NCBI GenBank assembly: GCA_963756555.1
Contig: CAVWOC010000013.1
Coordinates: 59,194 to 123,193, forward strand
DNA: 64,000 nt
Origin: an uncultured Actinomycetes bacterium
GTDB taxonomy: Bacteria; Actinomycetota; Thermoleophilia; Solirubrobacterales; Solirubrobacteraceae
Direction of reading: 5' to 3'
Positions within the stretch are counted from its first letter, which is position 1. Each line of letters opens with the position of its first letter. Shown in pieces: positions 38,103 through 47,020 of the stretch. The notes below the pieces were generated by a model. It did no database searches, had not been told where the DNA came from, and worked only from the letters and a program-made list of their open reading frames with translations. A program made the position numbers and the translations under genes.

Positions 38103-39518
38103 TCATCCACGCCGAGCGCGTCGTTGTACGCGCGTAGCATTCGTCAATACCTCTAACGATGTCTGGCGGCGCTCGGCGTGCGGAGCCCAGGGGCGCGGGC
38201 GGCCGGTTATGACCCACAGCGCCCACAGGACGACCGCGGCAAGGACCGCCTCCCGGATCCCTTCCGCCGGGCGCAGCACGTGCGCCAGGAACCACCGGTC
38301 GTGGGGACCGAGTCGCAGGTGCGTGAAGGCGCTGGCGAAGTAGCCGAGGTCAGCGGCGGCGAATGCCACGGCCAGAGCGATCGGCGCCCCAGCGGCCGCC
38401 ATCAGCGTCATCACCCACAGGTCGTACTGGGGGCTGTAGGCCTTGATGGCGAGGAAGAACCAGCCCAGGCATGCAAGCGTGGCCGGCACGAGCAGCTGGG
38501 CCGCGAGCCCGCCCACGGGCGCGGCCATGCGCCGGGCGCCCCCCGCAACGGCGTGCGCTTTCAGCTTTCTCCACAGGACCGCCGCCAGGATCACGACGAT
38601 GCCGCCGACCGTCGCCGCCGCACTGTATAGATTGCCCGCCGGCGCCTTCATGTGGCCGTCTGTGATCAGCGCCCAGAGGCTGCCGCCTACGCCCCGGGTG
38701 TCGTTGAAGCGAAAGAAATAGAGCCACCCCGAACGTAGCGCCAAGCCGCCGTGCACGCCGCTCGTCAGCGCCAACGGTGCGTTCATCATCACCGTCACGG
38801 CCAGGAACGGGCCGGCGATCCGGGCCAGTGCGCGGATCCCCTCGCGGCGGTCGCCCGAGTCGAGCAGCCGCACCCAGAGCACCACCGCCAACATCACCAG
38901 CGGAAAGAACTTCGTCGACGTAGCGACGGCCAGCGCCGCTGCGCCCCAGCCGTCGCGTCGGCGCTCGAACAGCACCAGGGCCGCAACCAGCGCGGCGATC
39001 GCCACCAGATCCCAGTTCAGCACCACGTACAGGGCGAGTGCCGGCGAGAGCGCCAGCAGCCACGGGTTGGCGCCCGGCAGGCGGCGAAGCAGCGAAAGCG
39101 TGAGCAGCCCGCACAGCCCCAGCACGACGGCGTTCACTGCCAGGTAGCCGCCAACCGTGCTCACCGGCAATGCGGTCAGCCAGGCCACGAGCCCCGTCCC
39201 CACCGGGTACTCGAACGGATAGTGCACGTATGGCAGCCAGTCGTGCCACATGTGGTTGCGGAAGTACAGCGACGCCACGTCCGAGTAGGCGCCGATGTGC
39301 CCGTAGGTGAAATGGTTGAACGCCGGCTGACTGGCCGCCCCGTGGTAGCCGAAAGTTCCTGCGCGCAGTGCCACGCCGACCCCCATGATCAGCGCTCCGG
39401 CGAGCAGTGGACCGGAGCGGCTACCCCAGCTTCGCCAGTTCGCGATTCCCGACGAGCGGCGCCTGCGCGCGAGCTCGACGCCCACGCCAGCTTCGGCCCC
39501 GCGGGCTTCGGTGGCCAT
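38103..39518 (-). CDS. GT87 / DUF2029 polyprenol-phosphate-mannose-type GT-C membrane glycosyltransferase
   Basis: YSDV..LY, FEYPVGTG, NWDL..IAA, KFFP, SPQY.LW; many TM segments. Confidence 0.82.
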   Translation of the reverse strand: MATEARGAEAGVGVELARRRRSSGIANWRSWGSRSGPLLAGALIMGVGVALRAGTFGYHGAASQPAFNHFTYGHIGAYSDVASLYFRNHMWHDWLPYVHYPFEYPVGTGLVAWLTALPVSTVGGYLAVNAVVLGLCGLLTLSLLRRLPGANPWLLALSPALALYVVLNWDLVAIAALVAALVLFERRRDGWGAAALAVATSTKFFPLVMLAVVLWVRLLDSGDRREGIRALARIAGPFLAVTVMMNAPLALTSGVHGGLALRSGWLYFFRFNDTRGVGGSLWALITDGHMKAPAGNLYSAAATVGGIVVILAAVLWRKLKAHAVAGGARRMAAPVGGLAAQLLVPATLACLGWFFLAIKAYSPQYDLWVMTLMAAAGAPIALAVAFAAADLGYFASAFTHLRLGPHDRWFLAHVLRPAEGIREAVLAAVVLWALWVITGRPRPWAPHAERRQTSLEVLTNATRVQRRARRG

Positions 39519-40987
39519 CAGAACGGCTGCGGCTGCTGCTTGCCGGGCTGGAGCGCCAGTTGCGCGGTCAGCGCGTCCAGCGCATCCATCTGGGTGGCCT
39601 GATCGACGAAGTTGGGGCGGCTGGGCGTCAGCGGCCAGCTCCAGTAGAAGACGAACTGGCAGGAGGAGGGGCCCTGGCAGTTGCCGGGCTGGCCGTTGGG
39701 TCCCACGATCGTGTTATGAACGACGGCCCACGACTGCCGGCGAAGGACGCCGTTATAGCGGGGGTCGCCGGTGGCAGCCGCGTAGTCGGAAAATCCCTGG
39801 ATCAGGATCCCCTTCCAAGGGAGCATGTCTAGATAGCTGCCGGAGTTGGTGCAGCCGTCGCCGTCGCGCTCGCAGGGCTCCAGCACGATCCCGTGGGAAT
39901 CGACCATGCCGCTCTGCTTGGAGACCACGTAGTGCAGGAAGCTGTTCGCCTGCTGGTAGTAGCTCGGGTTGTGCTCGGCCGCGCCGATCTGCACCAGCGC
40001 GTCTGCCACCTGACCTTCGGTGTAGGTGATGGGGCCGGCGATCAGGCCGTTACAGGCGGCGTTCAGCGAGTCGTGCACCGTGCCGGTTCGGATGTCGATC
40101 AGCCGGCGGGTCTCGAGCCACTGCAGCTGCCCGGTGGCCTGCCCGAGCCACTTGCCTGCTCCGGCGGTGTCCTGCAGCGGACCAGAGCCCTTGAGGTAGT
40201 TGGCGAGTGCCGCGGACAGGGTGATGTATTCGGCGTTGGTGATCGTGTCGGTGGGGAAACCGATCTGCCACTCGATCCCACCGCAGGAGCGCTGCGACTT
40301 CTCGACGTAGGTGGCGTCGTGCTCAGCCGTGCGTAGAAACTGCTTTGCGTCGGCGACGTCGTGGCGCGCGGTGAGCTCGTACTTGGAAGCCTCGAGCCAG
40401 GCCAGTCCCCACCAGGCCGTGTCGTCCATGAAGGGATTGACGAAGTCGTTTGAGGCGATCGCGAACGGAGGCTCGTCACTCGTGTGTCCACTCTCCCGCT
40501 GGAACGTGCGCGTGAGGATCGTCTGGATGCCTGGGTCGGTGTCATTGGTGGCTTCGGCGTAACGCACCAGCGTTCGCAGCGCGAGCGCCGACTGCCACCA
40601 GTGCGACAGGCTGTGCGCGCCCCACAGGCCGGTCTGGTAGTTCCAGCGCCAGCCGAGGTCCTTGTCGGCCTTCGGTCCGATTTCGGCGGCGTATGCCTGG
40701 CCGTTCGTGGGGTCCGCGAACTCCTGGAAGCCCATCTGTGCGGCGTCGACGACGGATGGCGCCGAGTGGAAGCCGGGCTGGTAGGCCAGCTCCCCGCACC
40801 ACGGCCGGCTGACGGTGACGCGCTCGTAGCGATGCAGAAGCGCCTGGCAGGCCTGATTGACCTGCTGATATAGCGGCGGAGCGTGGGCGGCCTGGGTGAT
40901 CACGCGGTGTAGCTCCGAAGGATTCGTCGAGACCTGCGTGACCTTGACGAAAAGGACCCCGAGGCAGACAACCGCGACAAAGAGCAC
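39518..40987 (-). CDS. Membrane-anchored glycoside hydrolase family 76 protein; frame stays open upstream, so the start may be near 41098
   Basis: WWQSA, FMDDTAWW.LAW (GH76 DD pair), CGGIEW, N-like TITN, ..D, TYTEG, KGI; N-terminal TM helix. Confidence 0.8.
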   Translation of the reverse strand: MLFVAVVCLGVLFVKVTQVSTNPSELHRVITQAAHAPPLYQQVNQACQALLHRYERVTVSRPWCGELAYQPGFHSAPSVVDAAQMGFQEFADPTNGQAYAAEIGPKADKDLGWRWNYQTGLWGAHSLSHWWQSALALRTLVRYAEATNDTDPGIQTILTRTFQRESGHTSDEPPFAIASNDFVNPFMDDTAWWGLAWLEASKYELTARHDVADAKQFLRTAEHDATYVEKSQRSCGGIEWQIGFPTDTITNAEYITLSAALANYLKGSGPLQDTAGAGKWLGQATGQLQWLETRRLIDIRTGTVHDSLNAACNGLIAGPITYTEGQVADALVQIGAAEHNPSYYQQANSFLHYVVSKQSGMVDSHGIVLEPCERDGDGCTNSGSYLDMLPWKGILIQGFSDYAAATGDPRYNGVLRRQSWAVVHNTIVGPNGQPGNCQGPSSCQFVFYWSWPLTPSRPNFVDQATQMDALDALTAQLALQPGKQQPQPF

Positions 40988-41225
40988 CCGCCAGGGGGCA
41001 ATGAACCTCGACCCTTTCCGGGTCGCGGCCTTCGGCCCCCGCGGGGGCGTGGGCCCGGACTGCCTCGGGCCCTGGGGCTTGTCGATCAGCGTGCTCAGGG
41101 GACAGCTACCTCGCGAGGTTCCAAAATTGTCTTCAGCCCCCCACAGCAGCCAGCGCCGACCGCTCGGCGCCGAGAGCCGGCAATTTTAGTGGTTCCGCGC
41201 CGGGCTCCGGTCATAGGATGCTCCT

Positions 41226-41495
41226 GTGTCGGCACGTTCCATACCACCGATGGTTCCGCTCGGTTACGGCAAGTTCGTGCGGGCGGATCGGGTCTACGCG
41301 CTGGTTCCGCTGGAGGGCACCGATCGTGGCGACGGGCGCCGCACGCTCGTGCACGTCGACGGCATCGACCAGCCGCTGGTGGCATCCCGGTCCGAGAGTG
41401 CGATCGCTGAGGACCTGGCGGCTGCGCTCGGCATCCAAAACCCGCGCGGCCGGCGTCAGGCGGGCCTGCTGCCGGGTCAGGAACCCCTGTTCTAG
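41226..41495 (+). CDS. Small protein with RemA/DUF370-like motifs
   Basis: MVPLGYGKFVRADRVYALV and GRRT..V parallel RemA IGFGNIISANR..SIV and GRRTRAV as recalled. GTG lies 6 nt after TAGGAT. Confidence 0.55.
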   Translation: MSARSIPPMVPLGYGKFVRADRVYALVPLEGTDRGDGRRTLVHVDGIDQPLVASRSESAIAEDLAAALGIQNPRGRRQAGLLPGQEPLF

Positions 41496-41511
41496 TAGGG
41501 AGGCACGGGTC

Positions 41512-42051
41512 GTGGTACAGGTCGTCCTCCTTCGGGGCATCAATCTCGGTCCGCACCACAGAATTTCGATGCCCGATCTGCGCACCCTGCTGGAGGACGC
41601 CGGCTTCGGCGACGTTCGGACGTACGTTCAGAGCGGCAACATCGTGCTCGAATCGAAGCTCTCGCCGGACGAGCTGGCGGGCCGCTGCGAGCAGCTGATC
41701 TCCAAGCGGTTCGGCTTCCAGGCTCCGGCGATCGTCCGCGTTCGCGACGAGCTGGCGGCCGTGGTGAAGCGCAATCCGCTCGGCGAACTGGCCGAGAACC
41801 CCAAGCGCTATCAGGTGAGCTTCCTCGAGCGCGAGCTTGACGCCGAGCGGGTCAGAAAGCTGCAGGAGCTTGCGCAGCCCGAGGAGCGCCTGGTGGCGAT
41901 CGGTCGCGAGCTCTACGGCTGGCACCCCGATGGCGTCGGGCGCTCGAAGCTGTGGGGCCGGCTCGCCGGCAACGGTCTGGGCGTCACCGCGACCGCCCGA
42001 AACTGGACGACTGTGACGACGCTGCTCGAGATGGCGGGCACTACTCGATAA
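41512..42051 (+). CDS. DUF1697 family protein
   Basis: VVLLRGINLG, I.M.DLR, V.TYVQSGN, ATARNW.TV..L. Confidence 0.88.
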   Translation: MVQVVLLRGINLGPHHRISMPDLRTLLEDAGFGDVRTYVQSGNIVLESKLSPDELAGRCEQLISKRFGFQAPAIVRVRDELAAVVKRNPLGELAENPKRYQVSFLERELDAERVRKLQELAQPEERLVAIGRELYGWHPDGVGRSKLWGRLAGNGLGVTATARNWTTVTTLLEMAGTTR

Positions 42052-42074
42052 TGATCTAGTAGAGCGACACCTCG

Positions 42075-42512
42075 ATGGCCATCCCAAAGACAGCGAGCGG
42101 CACGGAAGTCGCGGCGACCAGCACCTCGTCGCTGCTTTCGCGGCTGGCCAAGAAGGTCTCTCGGGCCACGCCGGAGACCGAGCTGGGCATGCGCATGCGC
42201 CACTACTTCGTGATGACCTTCCTTGCCGACCGGGACGGCGTGGCGCAGCATGAGCTCGGCGACGCGTTCATGCTTGATGCCAACAACGCCGTGCTGCTGC
42301 TGAACGAGCTCGAGACCGCGGGCTACATCGAGCGTCGCCGCAACCCGGAGGACCGCCGGCGGCACCTCGTGTTCCTCACCGACGACGGCCGCGCGGCGAT
42401 TTCGCGGGCGCGAGAAGCGGTGGCGCGAAGCGAGGACAGGGTGCTGGCAAATCTCTCGCCGCCGGAGCGCGAGACGCTGCGCGAGCTGCTGGTCAAGGCG
42501 CTCGACGAGTGA
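42075..42512 (+). CDS. MarR family transcriptional regulator
   Basis: Q.EL.....D......LLNELE..G.IERRRNPEDRRR..V.LT..GR. Confidence 0.88.
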   Translation: MAIPKTASGTEVAATSTSSLLSRLAKKVSRATPETELGMRMRHYFVMTFLADRDGVAQHELGDAFMLDANNAVLLLNELETAGYIERRRNPEDRRRHLVFLTDDGRAAISRAREAVARSEDRVLANLSPPERETLRELLVKALDE

Positions 42513-42653
42513 TCGAAGACACACGTGTCATGCCGGTGCCGGCCGACTGCCCACCAACCAAGCGAGCACGCGGCGGGCTCGAACTCGAATCGGCGATCAG
42601 GGGCCGGTGAGAAGCTGCTGAGCTCGCTCCAGCGCGTCACATAGGATTGAAAA

Positions 42654-44603
42654 ATGCAGCTGACCGCTCGCCAGCGCCGGGCGCTAGAGGAGATCTGCGA
42701 CACCTTCTGTCCGTCGGCCGACGGCGTTATGAGAGCGAGCCAGCTGGGTGTTCCCGAGGCGCTGATCGAGGCGCTCGCCAAGAACCCGCGACTGTCCGAG
42801 CAAAAACAGCTCCAAATGCTGCTGGGCTTGTGGGACACCCCGGTGATGGGTGCGCTCGGTGGCGCGGGCTTCAAGCGCTTTGGTCGGATGAGCGCCCACG
42901 AGCGCGAGCGGGTGCTGCTCTCGTGGGCCGGCTCACGCGCCCCGCAGCGCCGCGCCGTGTTTCAGGCCCTGCGCAAGGGTGCGCTGCTCTTCTACTACAT
43001 GCTCCCGGGCCCGGACGGCGGTCGCAATCCGGCGTGGGACGCGATCGGCTACGACGGCCCGCTCGGCAGGCTCGAGGGCGCACCGGCCAAGGCCCTGACG
43101 GTCACCGAGGTAGACCGCGACACGACGCTCACGTGCGACGTCGTGATCGTGGGCTCGGGCGCCGGCGGCGGCGCCACCGCCGCGGTCCTGGCAGCGGCTG
43201 GACTGGACGTGATCGTGCTCGAGGCCGGGGGCTACTACGACGATCAAGACTTCGACGGATCGGAGCTCGGCGCTATCACCCGCTACTACATGGCCGCTCC
43301 TGCCGGCACAGTCGACCAGAGCGTCGGCCTGATCGCCGGCTCGTGCCTCGGCGGCGGCACGGTGGTCAACTACACGACCTCGTTCCGCACGCCTGACGAG
43401 GTCCGGGCTGAATGGGCGTCGTTCGGCGTGCCGGCGTTCACCTCGGAGGACTACACGGCCTCGCTTAACGCGGTCACCGAGCGCTTGGGCGTGAGCCAGG
43501 AATACAACGAGCCCTCCAGTCGTGAGCGAAAGCTGCAGGAGGGCTGCGTCAAGCTCGGCTGGCACATCGACGCCATGCCCCGTGGTGTCAGGCGCTGCGC
43601 CCAGGGTAAGGAGTGTGGCTACTGCGGGCTGGGCTGCCGCGTGGGGGCCAAGCAGTCGGTGGTGAAGACCTGGCTCAGAGACGCTCACGAAGCGGGCACC
43701 AGGCTGATCGTCGGGACCAAGGTCGCGCGCGTGCTGACGGAGGCCGGCGCCGCGACCGGCGTCACCGGTCTGACCGCGGCCGGCCACCACCTAACGGTTC
43801 GCTCCAGAGCGGTGGTCGTGGCCTGTGGCGCGCTGCACACGCCGGCGCTGCTCAAGCGCTCAGGGCTGAAGAACCCCAACATCGGGAAGAATCTCCGTCT
43901 GCATCCCGCGACCGCCGTGTTCGGCGTCTTCGACGAGGAGCTGAAGCCGTGGGAGGGGGTGATGCAGGCCCTGTATTCCGATCAGTACCGAGACCTGCAC
44001 GACGGCTACGGGCTGAAGTACGAGACGGCCGCCAACCATCCGCACTTGTTCCTGCAGTTCAGCCCCTGGCTGGGCGCCCGCCAGCACTTCGAGATGATGC
44101 AGGCGCTCTCCAGCACCACCCCGATCGGCGTGCTGCTTCGCGATCGCGATGGCGGCGAGGTGCGCGTGGGCCGGGACGGGGAGCCAATGGTCCGCTACAA
44201 GCTCTCCTCGTTCGACGCCGATCACCTGCGCACGGGGATCGACGGGGCCGCCCAGATCCTGGAGGCCGCCGGCGCGCAGCGGATCTACAGCTCGCACGCC
44301 AAATGGGTGGGCTACGAGCCGGGCCGGTCAGGCTCGCGCCAGCAGTTCATGGCGGACGCCGACGCCGCGGGCTATGGCGCCGGCCAGTGCCCGCTGAGCT
44401 CGTTTCACATCATGGGCTCGGCGCGGATGGGCGGTACCCCTGCCAGCTCCGTGTGCGACCCAACGGGCCAGACCTGGGAGCTGCGCGATCTCTACGTGTG
44501 CGACGGCTCGACGTTTCCCACCGCCTCGGGCGTCAACCCCCAGATCTCGATCCAGGCCATAGCTCACATGAACTCCAAAGGGCTTGCGGCAAAGCTGACC
44601 TGA
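42654..44603 (+). CDS. GMC oxidoreductase, long-chain fatty alcohol oxidase-like
   Basis: LT..Q..AL..ICDTF.PS N-terminus, VVIVGSGAGG, GSCLGGGT.VN, CGYCGLGC, GKNLRLHP, H.MGSARMG, TASGVNP. Confidence 0.85.
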   Translation: MQLTARQRRALEEICDTFCPSADGVMRASQLGVPEALIEALAKNPRLSEQKQLQMLLGLWDTPVMGALGGAGFKRFGRMSAHERERVLLSWAGSRAPQRRAVFQALRKGALLFYYMLPGPDGGRNPAWDAIGYDGPLGRLEGAPAKALTVTEVDRDTTLTCDVVIVGSGAGGGATAAVLAAAGLDVIVLEAGGYYDDQDFDGSELGAITRYYMAAPAGTVDQSVGLIAGSCLGGGTVVNYTTSFRTPDEVRAEWASFGVPAFTSEDYTASLNAVTERLGVSQEYNEPSSRERKLQEGCVKLGWHIDAMPRGVRRCAQGKECGYCGLGCRVGAKQSVVKTWLRDAHEAGTRLIVGTKVARVLTEAGAATGVTGLTAAGHHLTVRSRAVVVACGALHTPALLKRSGLKNPNIGKNLRLHPATAVFGVFDEELKPWEGVMQALYSDQYRDLHDGYGLKYETAANHPHLFLQFSPWLGARQHFEMMQALSSTTPIGVLLRDRDGGEVRVGRDGEPMVRYKLSSFDADHLRTGIDGAAQILEAAGAQRIYSSHAKWVGYEPGRSGSRQQFMADADAAGYGAGQCPLSSFHIMGSARMGGTPASSVCDPTGQTWELRDLYVCDGSTFPTASGVNPQISIQAIAHMNSKGLAAKLT

Positions 44604-44664
44604 GGGCTTGACCGGGCGGGCGCCGGTGGGATACTCGGGCCATAAGCAACACTTGGAGGTGAGC

Positions 44665-45108
44665 ATGTCCGAGCGGGCCAATGTCCTCGTCGTCGCGCAC
44701 CAAACGGCGGCAACCGAGGGGCTGCTAGCCGCGGTTCGGGAGCGCATCCAGCGTGGCGAAGCCCAGTTTCACCTCGTGGTGCCGCGGATGCCCCATGGCA
44801 TGCACAGGCTCGTCGACCCCGAGCAGGCCGGCGGGGACGACGCCCAGCAGGTGCTCCAGGACGCGCTCCCCAAGCTCTCCGACGCCGCCGGCAGCCACGT
44901 GACGGGCCAGCTGGGCGACGCCGAGCCGCTCATGGCCATCCAGGACGCCGTCAACCTGGGCGAGTTCGACGAGATCATCATCTCCACACTGCCGCGTCGC
45001 ATCTCCCGGTGGCTGAAACTCGACCTGGTGTCGAAGACCAAGGGGCTGGGGTTGCCGGTGACGCACGTCGAGGCGGTGGATTTGCCCGTGGGGGCCGCGC
45101 AGAGCTAA
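44665..45108 (+). CDS. Universal-stress-protein-like (adenine nucleotide alpha-hydrolase fold) protein
   Basis: NVLVVAHQTA....L, GDA.PL.AI.DA, FDEIIISTLP...S.WL..DL. Confidence 0.7.
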   Translation: MSERANVLVVAHQTAATEGLLAAVRERIQRGEAQFHLVVPRMPHGMHRLVDPEQAGGDDAQQVLQDALPKLSDAAGSHVTGQLGDAEPLMAIQDAVNLGEFDEIIISTLPRRISRWLKLDLVSKTKGLGLPVTHVEAVDLPVGAAQS

Positions 45109-45239
45109 AAGCGAACGTTCGCTTCGAGACCGCATTCGACCCGCGGGCCGTCCTCGGTCTCGGTCCGGATCTCGACGCTGCCGCCGGGCACGTTGTGCTC
45201 GATGACTCGCGTCCAGATCGCGCAGGCGGAATCGGGAGG
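45105..45239 (-). pseudogene. Possible fragment of a sensor histidine kinase (HATPase N-box region)
   Basis: Start-less high-GC3 frame RVIEHNVPGGSVEIRTETEDG, resembling NAI.HNVPGG.VEV.T of actinobacterial kinases. Confidence 0.35.
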
Positions 45240-45265
45240 CTAACCACCCGATAGGCTGGCGAAGC

Positions 45266-46051
45266 GTGAAGCTCGCCACCTTCAAGGCGCCGGAAGTGCA
45301 GCGCCCACTCGCCGGCGAGGTCGTCAAGGACAGGGTGTTCGTGTTCACGGGCGCCGAGCTCACCGTCCGCGACGTGCTGGCCGGCGAGTCGGCCGAGCGC
45401 GGCCCGGACTCCTGGTCTCTGGATGAGGTGACGCTGTTGGCTCCAGTCCAGCGGCCCGGGACGATCTACGCCATCGGCCTCAACTACGCAAAGCACGTGG
45501 AGGAGACCGGCGGCAAGCGCCCGGAGCAGCCGATCGTGTTCGTCAAGGTCGCGAACTCGGCTGCGGCGCCCGGAGGCCCGATTCGCTGCCCGGAGGTCGT
45601 AAGACGGCTGGATTACGAAGGCGAGCTGACAATCGTGATCGGCGCGGAGGGGCGCATTGGCGGCTATTGCATCGCCGATGACCTAACGGCCCGCGACCTT
45701 CAGGGCCGCGAGCCCCAGTGGACCCGAGCCAAGGGGGCCGACACGTTCTGCCCGTTCGGCCCCTGGGTGACGACCGCCGACGAGCTGCCCGACCCGGGCA
45801 GGCTGCAGCTCCGCACCTGGGTAAGCGGCGATCTGCGCCAGGATTCGAACACCGCCGATCTGATCTTCCCCTGCCAGGAGCTGGTCGGCTTCATCGCCCA
45901 GACCTGCACCCTTTCGCCGGGGGACCTGATCCTCACCGGGACACCCAGCGGCGTGGGCATGGGCTTCGATCCGCCGCGCTTTTTGAGCTCGGGCGACGTG
46001 GTGCGGATCGAGATCGAGCGCCTGGGCTCGATCGAACACAGCGTCGCCTGA
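45266..46051 (+). CDS. Fumarylacetoacetate hydrolase (FAH) family protein
   Basis: IYAIGLNYAKH, LDYEGEL, DDLTARD, AKG.DTFCP.GP, L.PGDLILTGTP.GVG. Confidence 0.92.
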   Translation: MKLATFKAPEVQRPLAGEVVKDRVFVFTGAELTVRDVLAGESAERGPDSWSLDEVTLLAPVQRPGTIYAIGLNYAKHVEETGGKRPEQPIVFVKVANSAAAPGGPIRCPEVVRRLDYEGELTIVIGAEGRIGGYCIADDLTARDLQGREPQWTRAKGADTFCPFGPWVTTADELPDPGRLQLRTWVSGDLRQDSNTADLIFPCQELVGFIAQTCTLSPGDLILTGTPSGVGMGFDPPRFLSSGDVVRIEIERLGSIEHSVA

Positions 46052-46120
46052 CGACCGCGCCTAGCACCGCGTGGCGTGAGGCGTATAGTCGCCGTTTAGG
46101 GGAAGTCTGAGGATGTGAGG

Positions 46121-47020
46121 ATGAAGGTGCAGGAGCGCTTGGCTGGCGCCCCGATCTCCTGGGGCGTGTGCGAGCTCCCGGGCTGGGGAGAGTGGCTTTC
46201 AACCGGCACGGTGCTTGGGCAGATGGCCGAGCTCGGCCTGCGGGGCACCGAACTGGGTGCACCGGGCTTTCTGCCGGAGGAGCCAGACGAGCTGCGCCGA
46301 GTGCTCGAGCACCACGGGCTGTCGCCGGCCGGAGCGTTTGTGGCCCTCGTGCTGCACGAGCGCACGCTCGATCGCGCCCTGGAGCCGGCGCTGGCGACGG
46401 CGCGGCTACTGGCGGCCACGGGCGGCCAGATGCTGGTGGTGGCGGCAGTCCAGGACGAGCGCTGGAGCTCGCCGGCCGCGCTGGACCGGGACGATTGGCG
46501 GCGGCTAGGCGCCCACTTGCGAGCGGTCGAGGAGGCGGTGGGCGAGCTCGGGGTGAGCACGGCGCTCCATCCCCACTTCGGCTCGCTGGTGGAGACGGCC
46601 GATGAGGTCAAGCGGGCGCTCGAGGTGTCCAACACCGGGTGGTGCCTGGACACTGGTCACATGCTGATCGGCGGCGTCGATCCCGCGCAGTTCGTCGACG
46701 AGCACGGCGAGCGGGTGGTGCACCTGCACCTGAAGGACGTCGATTCCAGGCACGGCCCGGCGCCCCGGACCGGGCCGGATGCCCTGCAGCAGGCCACCCG
46801 AGACGGACTGTTCGTAGCGCTCGGTCAGGGGGAAGCTCCGATCGAGGCCGTGCTCGGAGCGCTTGATCGGCACGGCTATGACGGATGGCTCGTGCTCGAG
46901 CAGGACACGGCGATCATCGCCGACGGGGAGGCATTGCCCGGCGGACCAGTAGCTGACGCCAGGGCGAGCATCGCGTTCCTCGAGCAGATCGCTGGCCGAA
47001 CCCAGGAGACGCCCGCCTGA
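46121..47020 (+). CDS. iolE: Myo-inosose-2 dehydratase
   Basis: AGAPISWGVCE.PGWG, TELG, HPH.G..VE, CLDTGH, HLHLKD, W.VLEQD; head of the iol operon. Confidence 0.82.
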   Translation: MKVQERLAGAPISWGVCELPGWGEWLSTGTVLGQMAELGLRGTELGAPGFLPEEPDELRRVLEHHGLSPAGAFVALVLHERTLDRALEPALATARLLAATGGQMLVVAAVQDERWSSPAALDRDDWRRLGAHLRAVEEAVGELGVSTALHPHFGSLVETADEVKRALEVSNTGWCLDTGHMLIGGVDPAQFVDEHGERVVHLHLKDVDSRHGPAPRTGPDALQQATRDGLFVALGQGEAPIEAVLGALDRHGYDGWLVLEQDTAIIADGEALPGGPVADARASIAFLEQIAGRTQETPA

